Part shown: positions 30,868 through 49,016 of the stretch, one piece after another
Numbering within the stretch: position 1 is the first letter of the stretch
Layout of the letters: each line of letters starts with the position of its first letter
Assembly: GCF_009914755.1 (NCBI RefSeq)
Contig: NC_060936.1
Length of the DNA: 64,000 nt
DNA from: the human T2T-CHM13v2.0 reference genome, Homo sapiens
Strand: one strand, 5' to 3'
Made by a program: the position numbers and the translations under genes
Notes under the pieces: generated by a model
What the model saw: only the letters and a program-made list of their open reading frames with translations
What the model was told of the DNA's origin: nothing
The model's database searches: none

Positions 30868-33043
30868 TTATAGATTACCTAAGGAATTCTTTCAGCACTA
30901 TCTTTATTAAATTCTCCTTCCACTGGATAGGGTTCTGTCTATTCATACCAGGTTTGAAAAATCCTACTGTCGCTAATGGATTGGGCAGCAAAGAGATGTT
31001 CAAAGCATCAGCCACCACCTGAAAATTAGTGATTAGGTCAAATCCCTTTATGGTATCTGTCAGATTCTCTTGAGCCCTGAGGAAATAAGATGTAGGGCAT
31101 TTCTGATGTGACTCAGTGGGAAAACTTCATGGAGATATCCACAGCAGCAGTAAATCTTATGGTTAGGGGAATTACAAGTATTAAAACTGCATCAAGTCAT
31201 GGGGCATGTGGAAGGTAGGGAGGCAAGATGACACTAATATGGAAGAAGAGTCCTAAAACGAGAATGGATATTCAAATATAAACTTCACCTCTTGCACAAT
31301 TTTGCCCAAGACTGGCACTGAAGATGGTGTAACATAGGTTAAAAATTTACAGATTGTGCTGAGCTTGACAAATAAGTGTATCCTTATGTAAATGGAATAT
31401 AAATCACATAGTTGTAAAAAAAAAAAAACTAAGAGTTTGAGATGACTTCTTTTAACATGAAGAAATGGATAGTAAGTGATGTCCTCAAAATCAGAGTCCT
31501 AAAAGACACCTATCTAGAACCTAAGTCACCTTCTTCCTAGTCCAGTGATACTTTCACCTCACCATGCCATCTCACTTCATTTATTTTAAAATAAGTAACA
31601 TTTTAAATTTATCAAAAGGATTGTTTTTATTTTTATTTTAAAGCATTATTAAATATGGATCAGACTTGAAAAGTGTTTATGCAATGTTAATTTAACCAGT
31701 GTTAAGAGAACTAGCCAAACCTAGAGATTGTAAAACTTTTTCACTTCATTGTTTAAAAAAAAAATTAATGTCTTGGCACACCACCACCCCAAAATCTCAA
31801 CTTTTGAGTTAATATTTAAAAGTAATTTTTAAAAAAGAGTTTGTTTTCTTAAGAAACAAAAGCAATGCTCTTGATTTGTCAGCAGGACCACCACAGAGTG
31901 AGATTGTATCTTGTTGAGCTATCCAAACTGCCCTAGTCCCTCCCCATTTTGACTAACCAATGCATGACAACACTGGATGACCGTGGGGACACAGTCCATG
32001 CTGTGAAACTCTCTATGAAAGCTCAAAGGTTCACACAGGGCCTGGCCTTGCAACCTTGGTCTCTTCAACACCTAATAAGCTATAACTGGCCCAAATAATC
32101 TTTTAATGTCACAAGCAGAATTAAAACTATCTTCAAAGACTCAAGTTGAAGAAAAGATTTAAAGTTATACTATGAAAGAGCAGTCTGACACAGGGAGACT
32201 ACATTTAATTCCTATGAGAATTTTTTATACTTGTTAAAATCTTTTCAATTATTATAAAAATTTAGTAGCATGTAAATATAGCCCCAAAATGGTTGCTATA
32301 ATAATCCCCATTTCATACTGGGTCTGCCTTAACAGGAAAAGCTATTAGGAGTCTTTATAGTAATTTATCTAATGTGAAAAGGAAATGGCCTTATAATAGT
32401 TTCCATTGCCTTGTAATTTTTTTCCATTTTTTTCTTTTTATAGAAAAAATATAATATTTTGGGGAGAGTGACCATGACTAATAGCAGTGGAAAGGAGACA
32501 AAACCTTTGTGAACAGTGTAACTTTACATTCGTCAGGGATGACAAACTATAGGACATGATGCCTAGAAGAATCATCATCAGGAAGCCCATAAATTTGTGT
32601 TCCCTCAATGTTTCAGTAAAAACCAATTAGAAGGTCTCAACTGAAATTAGTAATTAATCCATTTATGTGACTAGATAAAACACAGAATAGGGATGATTCA
32701 AAAGCTTCATTAATTTGTTTCACACCAACATTCACAATTGGTAAGAAAAATAAGAAGTAATCAACTGCATGCACCAAAAACCCCAAGACAGAAATCTTAG
32801 GTATTCAGTTTCTTTTTCACAGGCATTGCTAGTTCAAAAACCAAAACTCTGGGAATACTGGCACTTCGAGGAAAAAAAAACTTCCACTGTCATTTTAAAA
32901 TAAGCATTTAAGGTAAAAGCTAACAGTCTGCATGGAGCAGGAAAAAAATTAGGTAATGCTAAAACAAATGCTAATAATTTAGTGTAATGTACAAAAATTA
33001 CCACTTGTACTAGTATGCCTTAAGAAAAAAGTACAAATTGTAT

Positions 33044-33205
<162 letters not shown>

Positions 33206-34545
33206 TCATGTGTACAGGTAACAAATTTCATTAATGGAAAAAATATTAAGAAAGGATTCTTTATGTTTCTCTTCAGGCAACTGAATATATATTACATATA
33301 TTAGGACTTTTAGAATTCTTAAATGTCATCCGCATAGGTGTTTTGTCAATATTATAAACAGGAACACTAATTTTCACAAAAGACAAGGATAACCAATGGC
33401 ACAGAATTTTAAATAAGGTAACGACTTTTTCACAGGAGAACTTAATTTGCTACTATTTTTTCCACATTGGCAAACCTAAGTCATCAAAATCCAAATGCAT
33501 GTGTGTGTGTGTACACTTAATTGTCCTTATGTTTCTGGACTTTAGATATAAGCCATGCAACTGTAAACTATGTTCATATATCTTCACACACAGTAACAGT
33601 ATTTGAGCTCCAGTTCTATACTTACGTAAAATCCATTGGATTTAAAAATTTACCAAGAAGTAAACAGTATTCGAACATCCTATTCCAATAATTTATCAAC
33701 AAGTAAACAGTATCTAAACATATTATTTCAGTTTTCAAATGATATATATTAAGGGATTAGTTTCAATTCATATATTTATCATTAAGAAAAAGGTTTAAAG
33801 TGACCCCAACACAGGAGAATACCACTTTAAAAAAAACACTAATACCTCAGATTTGTGGAGAAATTAGCTAAATCATTTGAAAGGTCTTATAGTTTACCAA
33901 TTTGGAGGAGATTCTTTCTATCCCATAAAGTTTTAATTTCTGTTGTATTCAAAAGCTTGCCATATAAAGCCAAATATCCTGTCTTCAAAGAGTTTAACAG
34001 TTAGTCATTGTGACCACCATCTATTTATGATTAAAGCAAGGTTATTTAAATTTAATGGCTAAAAGCGATTTTAAGCCATAATACTTTTCAACCTAATAAT
34101 CTACAGTGTGAAAAATGGCACTCTCAAACTGGTAGTAGAGTAGATTTTAAACCTGCAGTACTTAAATTATGCAAGATCCATACACAAGTCAATTCTTGTC
34201 ATGTCTCCAATTAAAAGAAAAATATAAATAAAAGCAAAAAATGAAGAAAAAATATGATTCTCTCTGTATTTTAAAGCCTGTTCAACTGAGTAGTAACTAT
34301 AAAAAGAAAATCTGTTAACCTCACAATACTTCCAAACCTAGACAGCAGAGGGAGTCTTAGAAACAAATACCCAACACATTAAGTTGTATAAATCAAGCCA
34401 CTTTAGGAACAATGAAAACTGGGTTTTTACTCATTGTAATCACTTTGTAGGATATTATAAACTGTGTAAATAAATGTATTAAAAAAATTATATGTGTAAA
34501 AATATTCAAGTGATATTATCTTGAAATTAATTTAAAATGTTAAGT

Positions 34546-34850
34546 GGGCGGGGTGCGGTGGCTCAAGCCTGTAATCCCAGCACTTTGGGAGGCCAAGACG
34601 GGTGGATCACTTGAGGTGAGGAGTTTCAGACCAGCCTGGCCAACATGGTGAAACCCTGTCTCTACTAAAAATACAAAAATTAGCTGGGTGTGGTAGCAGG
34701 TGCCTGTAATCCCAGCTACTCAGGAGGCTGAGGCAGGAGAATTGCTGAACCCGGAGAGGCGAAGTGCATTGCAGTGAGCCGAGATAGCACCACTGCACTC
34801 CAGACTGGGTGACAGAGCATGACTCTGTCTCAAAGAAAAAAAAACAAAAA
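34546..34850 (+). mobile_element. Alu
   Basis: Alu consensus; TSD aaaatgttaagtgg. Confidence 0.94.
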
Positions 34851-35696
34851 ATGTTAAGTGGTATTTCTCCTTTACTGTACTACTAAGATTAACGATATTT
34901 CAAAATAAATCTGGAGCATGAACAATGAAAATTAGCTACAGTTCATGAATTTTCCTAATAGATCTATAATTCAAGAAAGCGTGACCAATATTTTAAGAGA
35001 GGTAAACATAGAATGGGAATAAGAGGCTAGTCCACATTAAGCAAACAGTAGGATAAAAACCAGCATTATTTATTTGAGCACTAGTGAAAGTCTCCAATAA
35101 AGTCCCCAAACTGCACTCACTGATGTTTCCCACTCTCTAATATCATTACTGATACTACACAAACATATGCTTTTGTTTCTCCCACAGGAGAAAGGAAAAG
35201 TGGTAAGAAATAATTTATCAGCAATACAATACCATCAAGGTTTGATTACATATATGTATGTGTATGTATCCCTTCAGGCTAAACTCTTTAACACATATAG
35301 AGGGGAAAATTTCCAATGATACAATAAAAATTATTCTGTAGCTTGCCAGCACTTGACAATTTACTTGACAGTTTAGAATCATAAACCCTTAGAATGTGAT
35401 AGAATCTTAAAAGAGGATCTAACTCCCTTACCCTGAATGAATAAATTCCCTCTGATCACATCCTTATGTAATCTACTCCATTTCTACTACTTTTACAATG
35501 AAGAAAAATGCCAATGGTACTAAAATGGTAAAGCAGAAAACAATGAAAAACCATGTGATGGACACAGAGAAGACACATTTTATGGTGAAAACACAGAATT
35601 TGAAAACATTACTTCCTAAGATTCTGACAAAGATTCTAGGCTTATGTTGCAATGAACTCTCCTCTCTACATCATCTTGTTAAAATTAAGTAATTTT

Positions 35697-36316
35697 GGCC
35701 CAGTGCAGTGGCTCACACCTACAGTCACAGCAATTTGGGAGGCTGAGGCAGGAGAACTGCTTGAGGCCAAGAGTTTGAGACCAGCCTGGGCAACACAGCA
35801 AGAACCTGTCTCTATTTTAAAAATAAATAAGTAATAAAAAAAAATTAATTAATTTCAATCGTGAAGGAAATGTCACAACCTACACAGAGCAATGAATTCT
35901 TTTTTTCTCATATGAGAACTAATCATTCTCACACATACACATAACATTATCTTTTTCAGGACTAAGAAAAGCTAATTTATATATGTTTATCATTCTCAAA
36001 TTTTTATTTATGTATTTATTTCCTAAAGGTGGGGTCTCATTACGTTGCCCAGTCTGGTCTTAAACTCCTGACCTCAAGCAATCCTCGTGCTGTGGACTCC
36101 TAAAGTTCTGGCATTATAAGTGTGAGCCACTGTCCCTGTGCCAAAATTTTTTTATTTTTACTTTTTTTAAGAGATGGAGTCTCTTTCTGTTGCCTAGGCT
36201 ACAGTGCCATGGCACCATCATAGCTCCCTTCAACCTCAAACTCCTGGGGTCAGGCAATCCTCCTGCCTCAGGCTCCCAAGCAGCTGATACTACAGGCACA
36301 CACACCACAGCCAGCT
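35697..36316. mobile_element. Cluster of Alu monomers/old Alu (one +, two - arms)
   Basis: Left-arm-like piece at ~35697-35840 (+); antisense arms at ~36001-36140 and ~36150-36316. Confidence 0.8.
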
Positions 36317-37635
36317 TGTCAAATAAATTTTTTTTTAAATTGTATTTAATTTTAAATTTTTAATTACCAAGTATACTTCTCTTTTATATGAATTACTTCC
36401 ACGTGTACTGAAAAACAAGGATTCGTCACATCAAACAATTGTGACATTCACCTACAGTCACTGTATAAAACATAATTTGCACAAATTAGAAATTTTAGAA
36501 TAGTACGTGCTTAAACCTTCATTTTAAATATAAATTAGAGCATAACACTTATTTTACTCTAAACAATTCTATTTTTAAAATCATCTAATGGTGAGACAAT
36601 AGGAGGAGAAAATAAAAAATTAAAACCACCACCTAAATCTGGTCATGGTACTGTTATTTAAAATGTGTAACTTTTCAAACTGTATTGTTAAATTTGCAAT
36701 ATTTTAGAGGTTGTGGTAAAATTTAACATGCAAAATTGCTTTAATTGCAAAATATTGCTTTACAGAATGATATTCAAAAACATTCAGAGTTCATAAATTT
36801 CAACAAAAATTAATGCCAGTCATGCTTTGTTTCTGAGTTTAGTAGATTAGTACACCACGTAGTATCTTTTGGGATTGAGTCTACTATTCAAATGTATATT
36901 TTATACTTTTGGGAAATACCTAAAATTCATGTAATAAAGAACACCAACTTGTAATAAATATAATAAATGTAGTAGTTTTTGAAAACTGTAATTTTATTGC
37001 CTATTCTTAAGAACATGATATATTACAAACAATATGCATCCAAAGCTTAAGCTCTGCCATGAACTTTATGATACCTAGTGAAGTATTTTCTGAGCAAGAC
37101 AGAGTTTAATACGGGTTTAGAAACGAAAATGAGAATTCCACGCAATAAATATTTACTGGGTAGTTACTATGTCCCAGGAACCTTACTAGGCAATGGGTGT
37201 GCAAAGATTAAAAATATGTAATTCTGGCTAAGATTTTGCTGTCAAGTAATATAGGAATGAAACAGAAGAGGTTAGTTATTTCAACATAACATGGGAAGCA
37301 TATAATAGTTAAGAATAGTATTCTGGGAATACACAGGAAGGGCTCCATGCCTAGTCTAAGGGTTTAAAGAAAGGTTTTTAGAGAGTAGGAGACTGGGGAA
37401 TCATGAGAGTGTTAGCTAATTAGTAAGACTAGGGATAAAAATACTGGCATTCCAAACAAGAGCCAAGACTCAAGGGAAGGTAGGAAATAACATGGTATTT
37501 ATTTATAGAAGAACAAAAGAAATTCAGGCAAGATGACGTTTTTAGATATAAGACCAAAAAAGAGCTGGAGTGGTGGGAAGGTAGTAAGGACTATCTGCAA
37601 CACATGTGGAACATGAGATTTTATTCTATAGCTAA

Positions 37636-37938
<303 letters not shown>

Positions 37939-38691
37939 AACAATGACATTTCTTTAAAGTGTATCTCTCCGGTTTCACAATGAATAATGGCAGCAACTGG
38001 TAAACCAAATAGGAGGTTCTAACAGTCCAACAAGAAATGATAGGGGCCTGAACTAATGATGACATAAAAGACACAGAATGTAACGTCACAGGAATTTGTG
38101 GATACTTCCAAACCAGGGGGAAAAGAGGGCGGTAGGAGTCATCCTAAAATTCCCCGGTTTCTCACTGGGATAAGAAAGTGCTGTGCTGCTGATGCCACTG
38201 AGATGGCGAACTTAGGCAGAAGTTATTATTTGCTTGTAAAATATCCAAAAGAAAAAATACATTTAAGAGTGGCTTTTTCCCACCTTCTGGGCCATTCAAT
38301 ATTACTGCTGTCTACTATAGCTCATATCTTTTTCTCCCTACTAAAAAAAAAAAAAAAAAAAAAAAAGCTGCTGATTATCTCAAAACTTTTCCCTTAAAAA
38401 CAAAGGTAAATATCAGTTTCCAAATATTTAGTTTACTTAAGACTCATTAAATCATTAGACTTTATGCCAAATATAGATTAGTCTACTACAGCCATCAAAA
38501 TTGTCTCAATTATAATTAATTCCCACTAGATTAAAAATAAATGTACTAATTATGGAAACAAGTTTCTTATCTTTTAATACTTCAAGTTAGAATACTACAC
38601 CTAAGTAGTTCTAAAGTGGTTGCCACCTTGTTACCTTTAAAAGACATCTGCTTTCTGCCAAAATTAATGTGCTGAACTTAAACTTACCAGA

Positions 38692-38811
38692 TTACATTAT
38701 AATGCATTTTTTAATTTTCACACAGCCAGGAGTCTTTTCTTCTTTGCTGATTTTTTTCAATCTGTATTGTCGGATCTCTCTCACCAATGTATAAAAAGCA
38801 TCCTCCACTCT
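38692..38811 (-). CDS. KRAS: KRAS alternative exon 4A coding part (codons 151-189; exon 38688-38811)
   Basis: acaatgcag|AGAGTGGAG...; [39 protein letters not shown]; donor GTAAGT at 38687. Confidence 0.99.
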   Translation of the reverse strand, partial: RVEDAFYTLVREIRQYRLKKISKEEKTPGCVKIKKCIIM

Positions 38812-39527
38812 CTGCATTGTAAAACACAACTTCTTTAAAGTCTGTTGCATTGGTAAGAGTAATTTACTGGGAAAGCCATGTGCAAGAAGTTTGAGATTAT
38901 GAGCTTGAGATTTTTTTTTTTTTAAACAGACATCAGACTGTTTGAATAAAACTGAGGATGCAGTTTTAAAATATGGGCTAGAATCCTGGTTTGTTCTTAA
39001 AAGTCAGTTTTGTTTTCTAATGGAATTAAATTTTAAAATTTTTAAATTAGGAATTAGGAGAGATTATGACAAGCCTAAACACAGGTATTAGCATCTGTTT
39101 GTCAATTAATGCAACCATTTTAGTTTGCTAGTCCTGGAATTAAAGCCTAAACTGAAGTTAGCTTTAAATTACTTCTTTGACTTAGGAAAAAAGTGATTTA
39201 TATACTATCGATTCCCACACCCTCCTCCAGGGGAGAATGAGAAGAAAAATGGTAAAATATGGACGTGAAACCTTTGTTAAAAAACAACAAAAACATAAAA
39301 GAATCTCAAAGGTGAGTCAAGAAACTGGAACCTTGAGTTTTATTTTAAATTTTAACACCTTTCAGTCTATTTCCAGGGTATACAAGTGAAGCTGAGACTG
39401 GGTCTTCTGTACATGTTTAATTACATTATTAAAATCTTAAATGAGAGCTGCTTACCATAATATAAAAACATCATGAATTAAAGGACACACACAAAATAGG
39501 AGCATTTTGTATCCTTACTACAAGTTC

Positions 39528-39824
39528 TTTTTTTATTTTTTTGTTTTAGAGACAGGGTCTCACTGGGTTGCCCAGGATGGAGTGCAATGGCACGATCATG
39601 ACTGCAGCCTCGACCTCCCAGGCTAGGTGATCCCCCTGCCTCAGCCTCTCAAATAGCTGGGACTACAGGCAAGCACCACCACACCTGACTGATTTTTGTA
39701 TTTTTCGTAGAGACAGGGTTTTGCCATGTTGCCCGGGCTGGTCTCAAACTCCTGAGCACAAGTGATCCGCCCACCTTGGCCTCCTAAGGGCTGGGATTAC
39801 AGCCATGAGCCACCAAACCTGGCC
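39528..39824 (-). mobile_element. Alu (AluJ-like)
   Basis: Antisense Alu; TSD ttactacaagt. Confidence 0.92.
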
Positions 39825-40898
39825 TTACTACAAGTCTTAAAAATAATTTTTAGAACAGTGTTCAATCATACTGGCTGTGTGCCTTCCATTCTAATTTAAA
39901 TACTCTTAATAGGGTTTTTCTTGCTTAAACATAGGAGAGCTATGACAACAGGTACAATCATATATTGGCCATATGGAGATAAAAGTTTTTAATATTTTCC
40001 AATCTAGAAAATTAGGCAGTCATCAAACGGGGCAAAGTGCTTAGTTAACTGTGCTGCTAGTTTGTTCAGAAAAGCATACCATCAAAGTAGGGGCACAGAG
40101 AAATACACAGAAATATTAATCTATATATAGTGCAAATTAAAAGATGTAATATTATGTTCATTCTTCTAACAGAAAGGTGAATATTTTTTAAAGCTGGTAT
40201 ATTTTACTCCACATTTAATTTTAAGGGAATTCTATTCTTTTATCTTAAAATTAAGAATAAATTACCTAATTTGGGGATTGGCATACATATTTTAGCTTTC
40301 TGAGATTGGTAACATCAATGTTTCTACTGAACCAAATGTAACAAAGTGGACCTAGCACCTAAAAAGTTAATGTATCACCAGTACCATTTGTAGTTTTAAA
40401 TTCAATCACACACAGAGAATTGGCAACTAAGTATTAGTTGAAGTAAACCAATGGCTAGGGCTTAATTTTTGCATGCAGAAGTCATCTGTACATCTACTGC
40501 CTACAGTAGTTAAGAAAAACACACCTCAATTCTTTAGGGCACACTAATTTTTAGAAATCTCAGAAGTATATTAAGAACTGCTTTAGTAAAGTACAGAAAT
40601 TTACCTCTAAAGTCAAACTTTAATTTAAATTCATAATGTTAAGTTTCAGTTCAAAGGCAGGCATTTAAGTAACGTGATTATATGTTAAAATGCGTATCTC
40701 AAGTCATTAACATATACTATCCAGTGATATATTTATATTTAATGAATAACAAAAATCATTATATTCTAAGAGCAGTCTTATTTTTAATGGAATCAATTTA
40801 GTTAACTAGTTAGCTAAGCCAACTACAAACTTTCAACTACATTCGTTGGCACTTTAAGTTAGATACCCACTTACACCTGTATATAAAAGATTTTAAGT

Positions 40899-41146
40899 GT
40901 CAGGTGTGGTGACTAATGCCTGTAGTACCAGCACTTTGAGAGGGCAAGAGATGCCAGGAGTTTGAGACCTCATCTCTACTAAAAATAAGATAAATTAGGC
41001 ATGTTGGCATGAGCCTGAAGTCCCAGCTACTCAAAAGGCTGAGGCAGGAGGGTTGCCTGGGCCCAGGAGTTTGAGGCTTCATTGAGCTATGACTGCACCA
41101 CTGCACTTCAGTCTGGGCAACAGAGCAAGACCCTGTCTCTAAAAAA
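40899..41146 (+). mobile_element. Old Alu with internal deletions
   Basis: Degenerate Alu consensus. Confidence 0.85.
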
Positions 41147-42179
41147 ATTTTTTTAATCGTTTTAAAGTTTATATTTATCATTAATCCTCAGAAGGAAAGG
41201 GTTTATTATTTTTACCTTTGTCTTGAAAAAATTATGTATCCAAAATTTTCATTAATAAGCAACATAAATAATTTAAGGCACTAAAATAACTTTGTAGCAT
41301 GTAAAATGTAAAGCATGAGCTCTGTTAAGATACTTTCACAAATGGTTCTCTTTCAATTTGAAAATCAATGTAAGAAATTTAAAAATATGTGTATATATAT
41401 ACGCACACACACAAACCAGGTAAAAGCTCATATTTTCATAAATTTTCTAAGAATGTAAACTTCTATTTCTGTTTAAAAAAAAAAAAGTTATAATGTCAAT
41501 GTAGAAGTACCAAAACATACTATGAAGGAGAAAAACAGTATTGGTCCTCTACTAATTTAGCAGAAGCAAATTTTGATTTTAACTTATTTCTAAAATCAAT
41601 ATGAATGTGTCTACTTTTTCAGTGACAGCATCCCCACCACCAATAGTGAAATATATGATTTTTGTTTCCAGCAATGCAGAGAGAATTGGAAGCCAATAAT
41701 TAAAAAGAAGAGATTATTATCCACCACCAAGAATTCAGTGTCAGGACCTCAGTGGCTCATATAATTAACAGCACAGGGTGACTTTTACCATTTCTTATTT
41801 TTAGTAATAAGAAACTTAGGTTTTAGAGTACCAGTTATTTACCACAGTTTTTCAGACTTAGTTATTTCTTGATAATATGCTTTAAAGTCATACTGACATC
41901 AAGAGAACATGAGAACATTATCCTTGTGTACACTGTAAACCACTGGCACTGGCTCTTATTTTTAAAATGCCTACAGTATATACCTATGAAACAAAACACT
42001 AGTTTTTCACATTCCAAAATCTGTAGATAATTTTTAAAGATAAAATATAGCTGAAACAGATATTTAATACCGACTGGCTACTCATTAAGCTCTTAACTAG
42101 CACACAATAATTTTTTTGAGAATAGGACTTGTTGCCACATATACTCATTTTGTGGGGGTTTTTTGTTGTTTTTTTAACT

Positions 42180-42480
42180 TTTTCTTTTTTTGTTTTTTTT
42201 TTGAGATGGAGTCTTGCTCTGCCGCCCAGGCTGGACTGCAGTGGTGCAATCTCGGCTCACTGCAACCGCCACCTCCGGGTTCAAGCGATTCTCCTGCCTC
42301 AGCCTCCTGAGTAGCTGGGACTACAGGCATGCACCACCACACCCAGCTAATTTTTGTATTTTTAGTAGAGGGGGGTTTCACCATATTGCCCAGGCTGGTC
42401 TCAAACTCCTGACCTTGTGATCCGCCTGCCTCAGCCTCCCAAAGTGCTAGGATTATAGGCATGAGCCACCGTGCCTAGCC
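42180..42480 (-). mobile_element. Alu
   Basis: Antisense Alu consensus. Confidence 0.93.
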
Positions 42481-43690
42481 TACTTTTGTTTTTATACACA
42501 TATACCCATTTTCAAATGTCACTTATTAAACTTTAAGAACAACTGAAAATACGTAGGAACAAAAGTATACAACTTTAAATAGTAAATTTTTTAAAATCAA
42601 GAGATTGACAACATTTTCAACTCAACTATTATCTGAAAACATACTTGTGAGGCTATGGAAACAAAGCACTCCATATAGAGAAAGTACTGTTAGCCAAAGT
42701 ATCATTCTAAATCTTGCTAGACTATGCTTTTACTAAGAGATTTTGTTTTAAGTAAGTTTTTGTTCCTGTTAAATCTGCAAATTCTTGCAAAACTCTGTCA
42801 AGGAAGCAACACATCAAATACCCTAACTATATACAAATGCAAGACTACCAGCCTTTTGGTGGGGAAGGGCATGGAGGAACAAGATGTATTCTAAAACCCA
42901 ACTGTGCATCCCTCACTTTCTCAAGAAACCTTGCCACCCACAGCCTATCTCATGTACTATTGAAATGCAGAAAAACCACTACTTGGGAGACTACCATGGT
43001 GCACAGCAAGTGCACAGTAACTGTTCCGTCAATTTTTAACTCATAAAAAGCTATAGTTCAAAATATTGATCTCATGTACACAAACTCAACTACTATTAAA
43101 CAGAGACATAGCACATAAGGAGGTTGTTTTGCAAAGCATTCTTTAACGGGGTTCTTCTAACAATTAATTTAAATATCTAGAAATTAACAACAAAACCAGG
43201 AAATGAATCACTCAACATTTTTAGGTTCGTAAAACTAATTTTCACATTATATTTAAATTGAGACCCCCAGAGAGCAGAAAAGCCGAATGAGGAGTAACAG
43301 ATACCCCGAAAACTCTGCTTCTGTTATTCACCTTACTGAACCCTCCCACTTTTGATTTTAGCAGACTGGAAAACACACAATTCTCATGGTGTCAATGTTT
43401 CAATTTTGACAGCTTTTGCCAACATGGCCATGCACTGTCCAAAGGGACCAGGAAAATCTGTCAACAACCCAGATAAATGTGAACTAGGTAACAGTCCTTA
43501 TACACTAGGAACATAGGGACTACACAATGTACTAGCAGAAAATAATTCTATTTGCCTTTCAGATATGGACTGAACTGAGTGTAAAGAATATGTAACGCAT
43601 TATATTCTAGCCAAGTAATTAGCTTTTTAAAATTATAAGTTATTAAGTTGGTAAAAATATATACCCTGCAATTCTTATCTTAAAAAGTAC

Positions 43691-45542
<1,852 letters not shown>

Positions 45543-47175
45543 TCATTTTATAATCTCTACAGTTACTCGGAATAGCTCTTTAAAGTCTTCCAGAAGCATG
45601 CAAATATCAAATTAATTTCAACGGAGGAAGATTAATAAGACTTTTGAAAGGCAAATTAATTTCTAGGCAAATCAACAAGTCCATTTAATAATAAAAGGAA
45701 ATCAAAGAACAGAAATTAAATATCTAATTTATAGTTTAGCAACATAAATTACATAATAACATCAGTGAAACAGGATGTAAAAGAAAGGTTGAGTGCTCTG
45801 TTAAGAAGTACAAGTATTCTTTCATACTGTATCCCTCCATTTTTAATTAGATGATCCACATAAAAATGTCTACAAATCAAATTTGTTTATCTACTTACAT
45901 ATTATATACCTTCAAAAAAACAAATCAAACAAAAAAACCCAAGGCCACAAAACTGTATAAAACCTAAAAATCTCTTATAAAAGGAAGCCAGATAGTTTTC
46001 TGATCAAATATGAATGCTGTGTTATATTAAAGTATTAAGGTCAAATAGCAAGAATCAATTAGTACTTCTGAGGTAGTAATCATACAACCACCAAAAAGGA
46101 GACAAAGCTATTTTAGGATATTATCAAATGAGAAGTGGACAGCAACAAAGTGGGACTAACAAGACTCTTTTTATGTCCTCTACTGCTTTTCTACTCAAAG
46201 TATGGTCCAAGTACCAAGAAAAATACCACCTAGGAGTTTGTTAGAAATGCAGACTCGGTCCCCACCTAAACCTTCTGAATTAGAATCTGGATTTTAATAA
46301 GCCCAGCTGATTTGTATGCATAAGAAAATATAAGAAGCACTTCTTTACTGCAACCCCTTAAAACATTATGCAAAGTCTCTTAAATTTTTTCTTTTCTTTG
46401 TGAAATGTAAGCTAAAATGTTCAGTGGTATAAAAAGCATCTTTTAAAAGTTGTAAGTAAAGCAAATATAAAACAACAATGGTAGAATCTAGGTAGTATAT
46501 TTGCAAATGTTTTAAATAAAACTCAATTTTGTATTTGAAAATGTTTCATAAGAAAATGTTGGAAGAAAAAATAATAAATATTAGAATCATGTTTTCTCAG
46601 TACCTTCTCTCCTAAGAAAAGTCAAGGAGACTGTGAAGACAGTAAAAAGAAAAACAAAAACCAAGCCTCTTCCTGGTCTTTGGAACCTGGAAATGGATTT
46701 ATGTGAAATCTTAATTCCTCTAAAGTAAAGTGATATATGATATACACCAAGTTTAACCTATAAATCAGGTTTTAGTAAAATTGCCAGATAAATCTGTACA
46801 ATGGTCAAACTAGAGAAATTCAGTTTTTAATCCTCCCAAAATGACTTGAAGTAGAATTTACTGTTTCTTTACTATATATCAAATTTGTATAACTAGGAAG
46901 AGGTACATATGCTCTCCTACTAGGGAAATACAACATATATATTAGCTGGATAATGATTTACATTTACATTTTTGCACCTTTATGAAATTTGATAAACTTC
47001 TAGAACGCTTGTTTTTAAATGTTTAACAATGTAAAAGTTGTTCAGCAATTTTTTTTAACTCCTAGCATTACAGAAGTTAATTTCTACAAAACTGGTTTTC
47101 TGGGCTCACAGGTAAATGTAACCAGAAAAAGCCCTAAACAAATTGATGGAATATAGATGGATCAATTTCTTAGTA

Positions 47176-48130
47176 CAGTCATGTACCACATAATGACATT
47201 TTGGTCCACAGGAGATTGCATATGTGATAGTGGTCCCATAAGATTATAATGGAGTTTAAAAGTTCCTATTGCTTAGTGATGTTATAGCCATCCTAACACT
47301 GTAGTACGACACATTGCTCACGTGTTTGTGGTGATGCTGGTGTAAACAAACCTACTGCACTGTCAGTTGTATAATGGTATAGCACCTATATTGTTATTTT
47401 ATAGTGTACTCCTCCTATTTACTAAAAAAAAAAAAAAAAAAAAAAAAAAGTTAACTATAAACAGCCTTGGATAGGTCCTTCAGGAGGTATTCCAAAAGAA
47501 GGCAATGTTATTATAGGAGATGACAGCTCCACGTGTGTTACTGCCCCTGAAGATCTTCCAGTGGGACAAGATGTGGAAGTGGAAGACAATGATATTGATG
47601 GTCCTGACCCTGTGTAGGCCTAGGTTAATGTGCATGCATGTCTTAGTTTTTAACAAAAAAGTTTAATAAGTAAAAACAAACAAAAAATTTTAAATATGGA
47701 AAAAAGCTTACAGAATAAAGATATAAGGAAAGAAAAATTTGTATAGCTGTATAATGTGTGTTTTAAGCTGTATTACAAAAGTCAAAATGTTAGGAAAAAT
47801 TAAAAAGTTTAAAAAGTTACAGTAAAGTAAGGTTAATTTATTATTGAACAGAAATTTAAAAAAATATATAAACTTAGGGTAGCCCAAGTGTAGGTTTAGA
47901 CACACAAAACTTACCATTGTGTTAACAATTGCCTTATAGTCATTAGTACAGTTACATACTGTACAGGTTTGTATCCCTGGGGCAAGAGACTATACTATAT
48001 ATCCCAGGTGTATAGTAGGTTATACTACCAAGGTTTGTGTAAGTATATTCTATGATGTTTGCACAATGACAAAATCACCTAACAATGTATTTCTTAGAAA
48101 GTATCCCTGTCATTAAGAGACATAAGACTA
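47176..48130. mobile_element. Tigger3-family (TcMar) non-autonomous DNA transposon
   Basis: TA-flanked terminus cagtcatgtaccacataatgac..., internal ggtcccataagattataatggag, other end gtcattaagagacataagacta. Confidence 0.8.
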
Positions 48131-48782
48131 CATATAACAATTAATTCCTTCCTATCTTTATGTATTCATTTCCTATATGTTAAACTCTTCATACAAACAG
48201 GTTAAATAATAGCAACTGAAATTATTTTATTTTACCTGAAGAAAAAGTCATTTTTAAAACAAAGATGATTTTTGAAACAAAATTCAGGTTCTCTCTGGCA
48301 ATAATTTTTGTCAGAAAAATGCATTAAATGAATAACAGAATTTCTGTTGGCTTTCTGGGTATTGTCTTTCTTTAATGAGACCTTTCTCCAGAAATAAACA
48401 CATCCTCAAAAAAATTCTGCCAAAGTAAAATTCTTCAAATACAACAACGTTTAACCTAGAAACATGACATAATGGTTTAAAAGTACTACCGAAATAGAAA
48501 ACGCAAAAATTTGTTGCCCTGTTCTTTATTTATATATATATATATATATGTAACCATGGGAAAAAAAAATCCCCACCTCTTGAATTCTAAATGTTAACAT
48601 GTGCTCAGAATTGAAGAGAAATTTTCAATGTAGAAAGAAACCAAAGCCAAAAGCAGTACCATGGACACTGGATTAAGAAGCAATGCCCTCTCAAGAGACA
48701 AAAACATTTACTAAATATTGTTTTATTTCCTAGTATAGCATAATTGAGAGAAAAACTGATATATTAAATGACATAACAGTTA

Positions 48783-49016
<234 letters not shown>
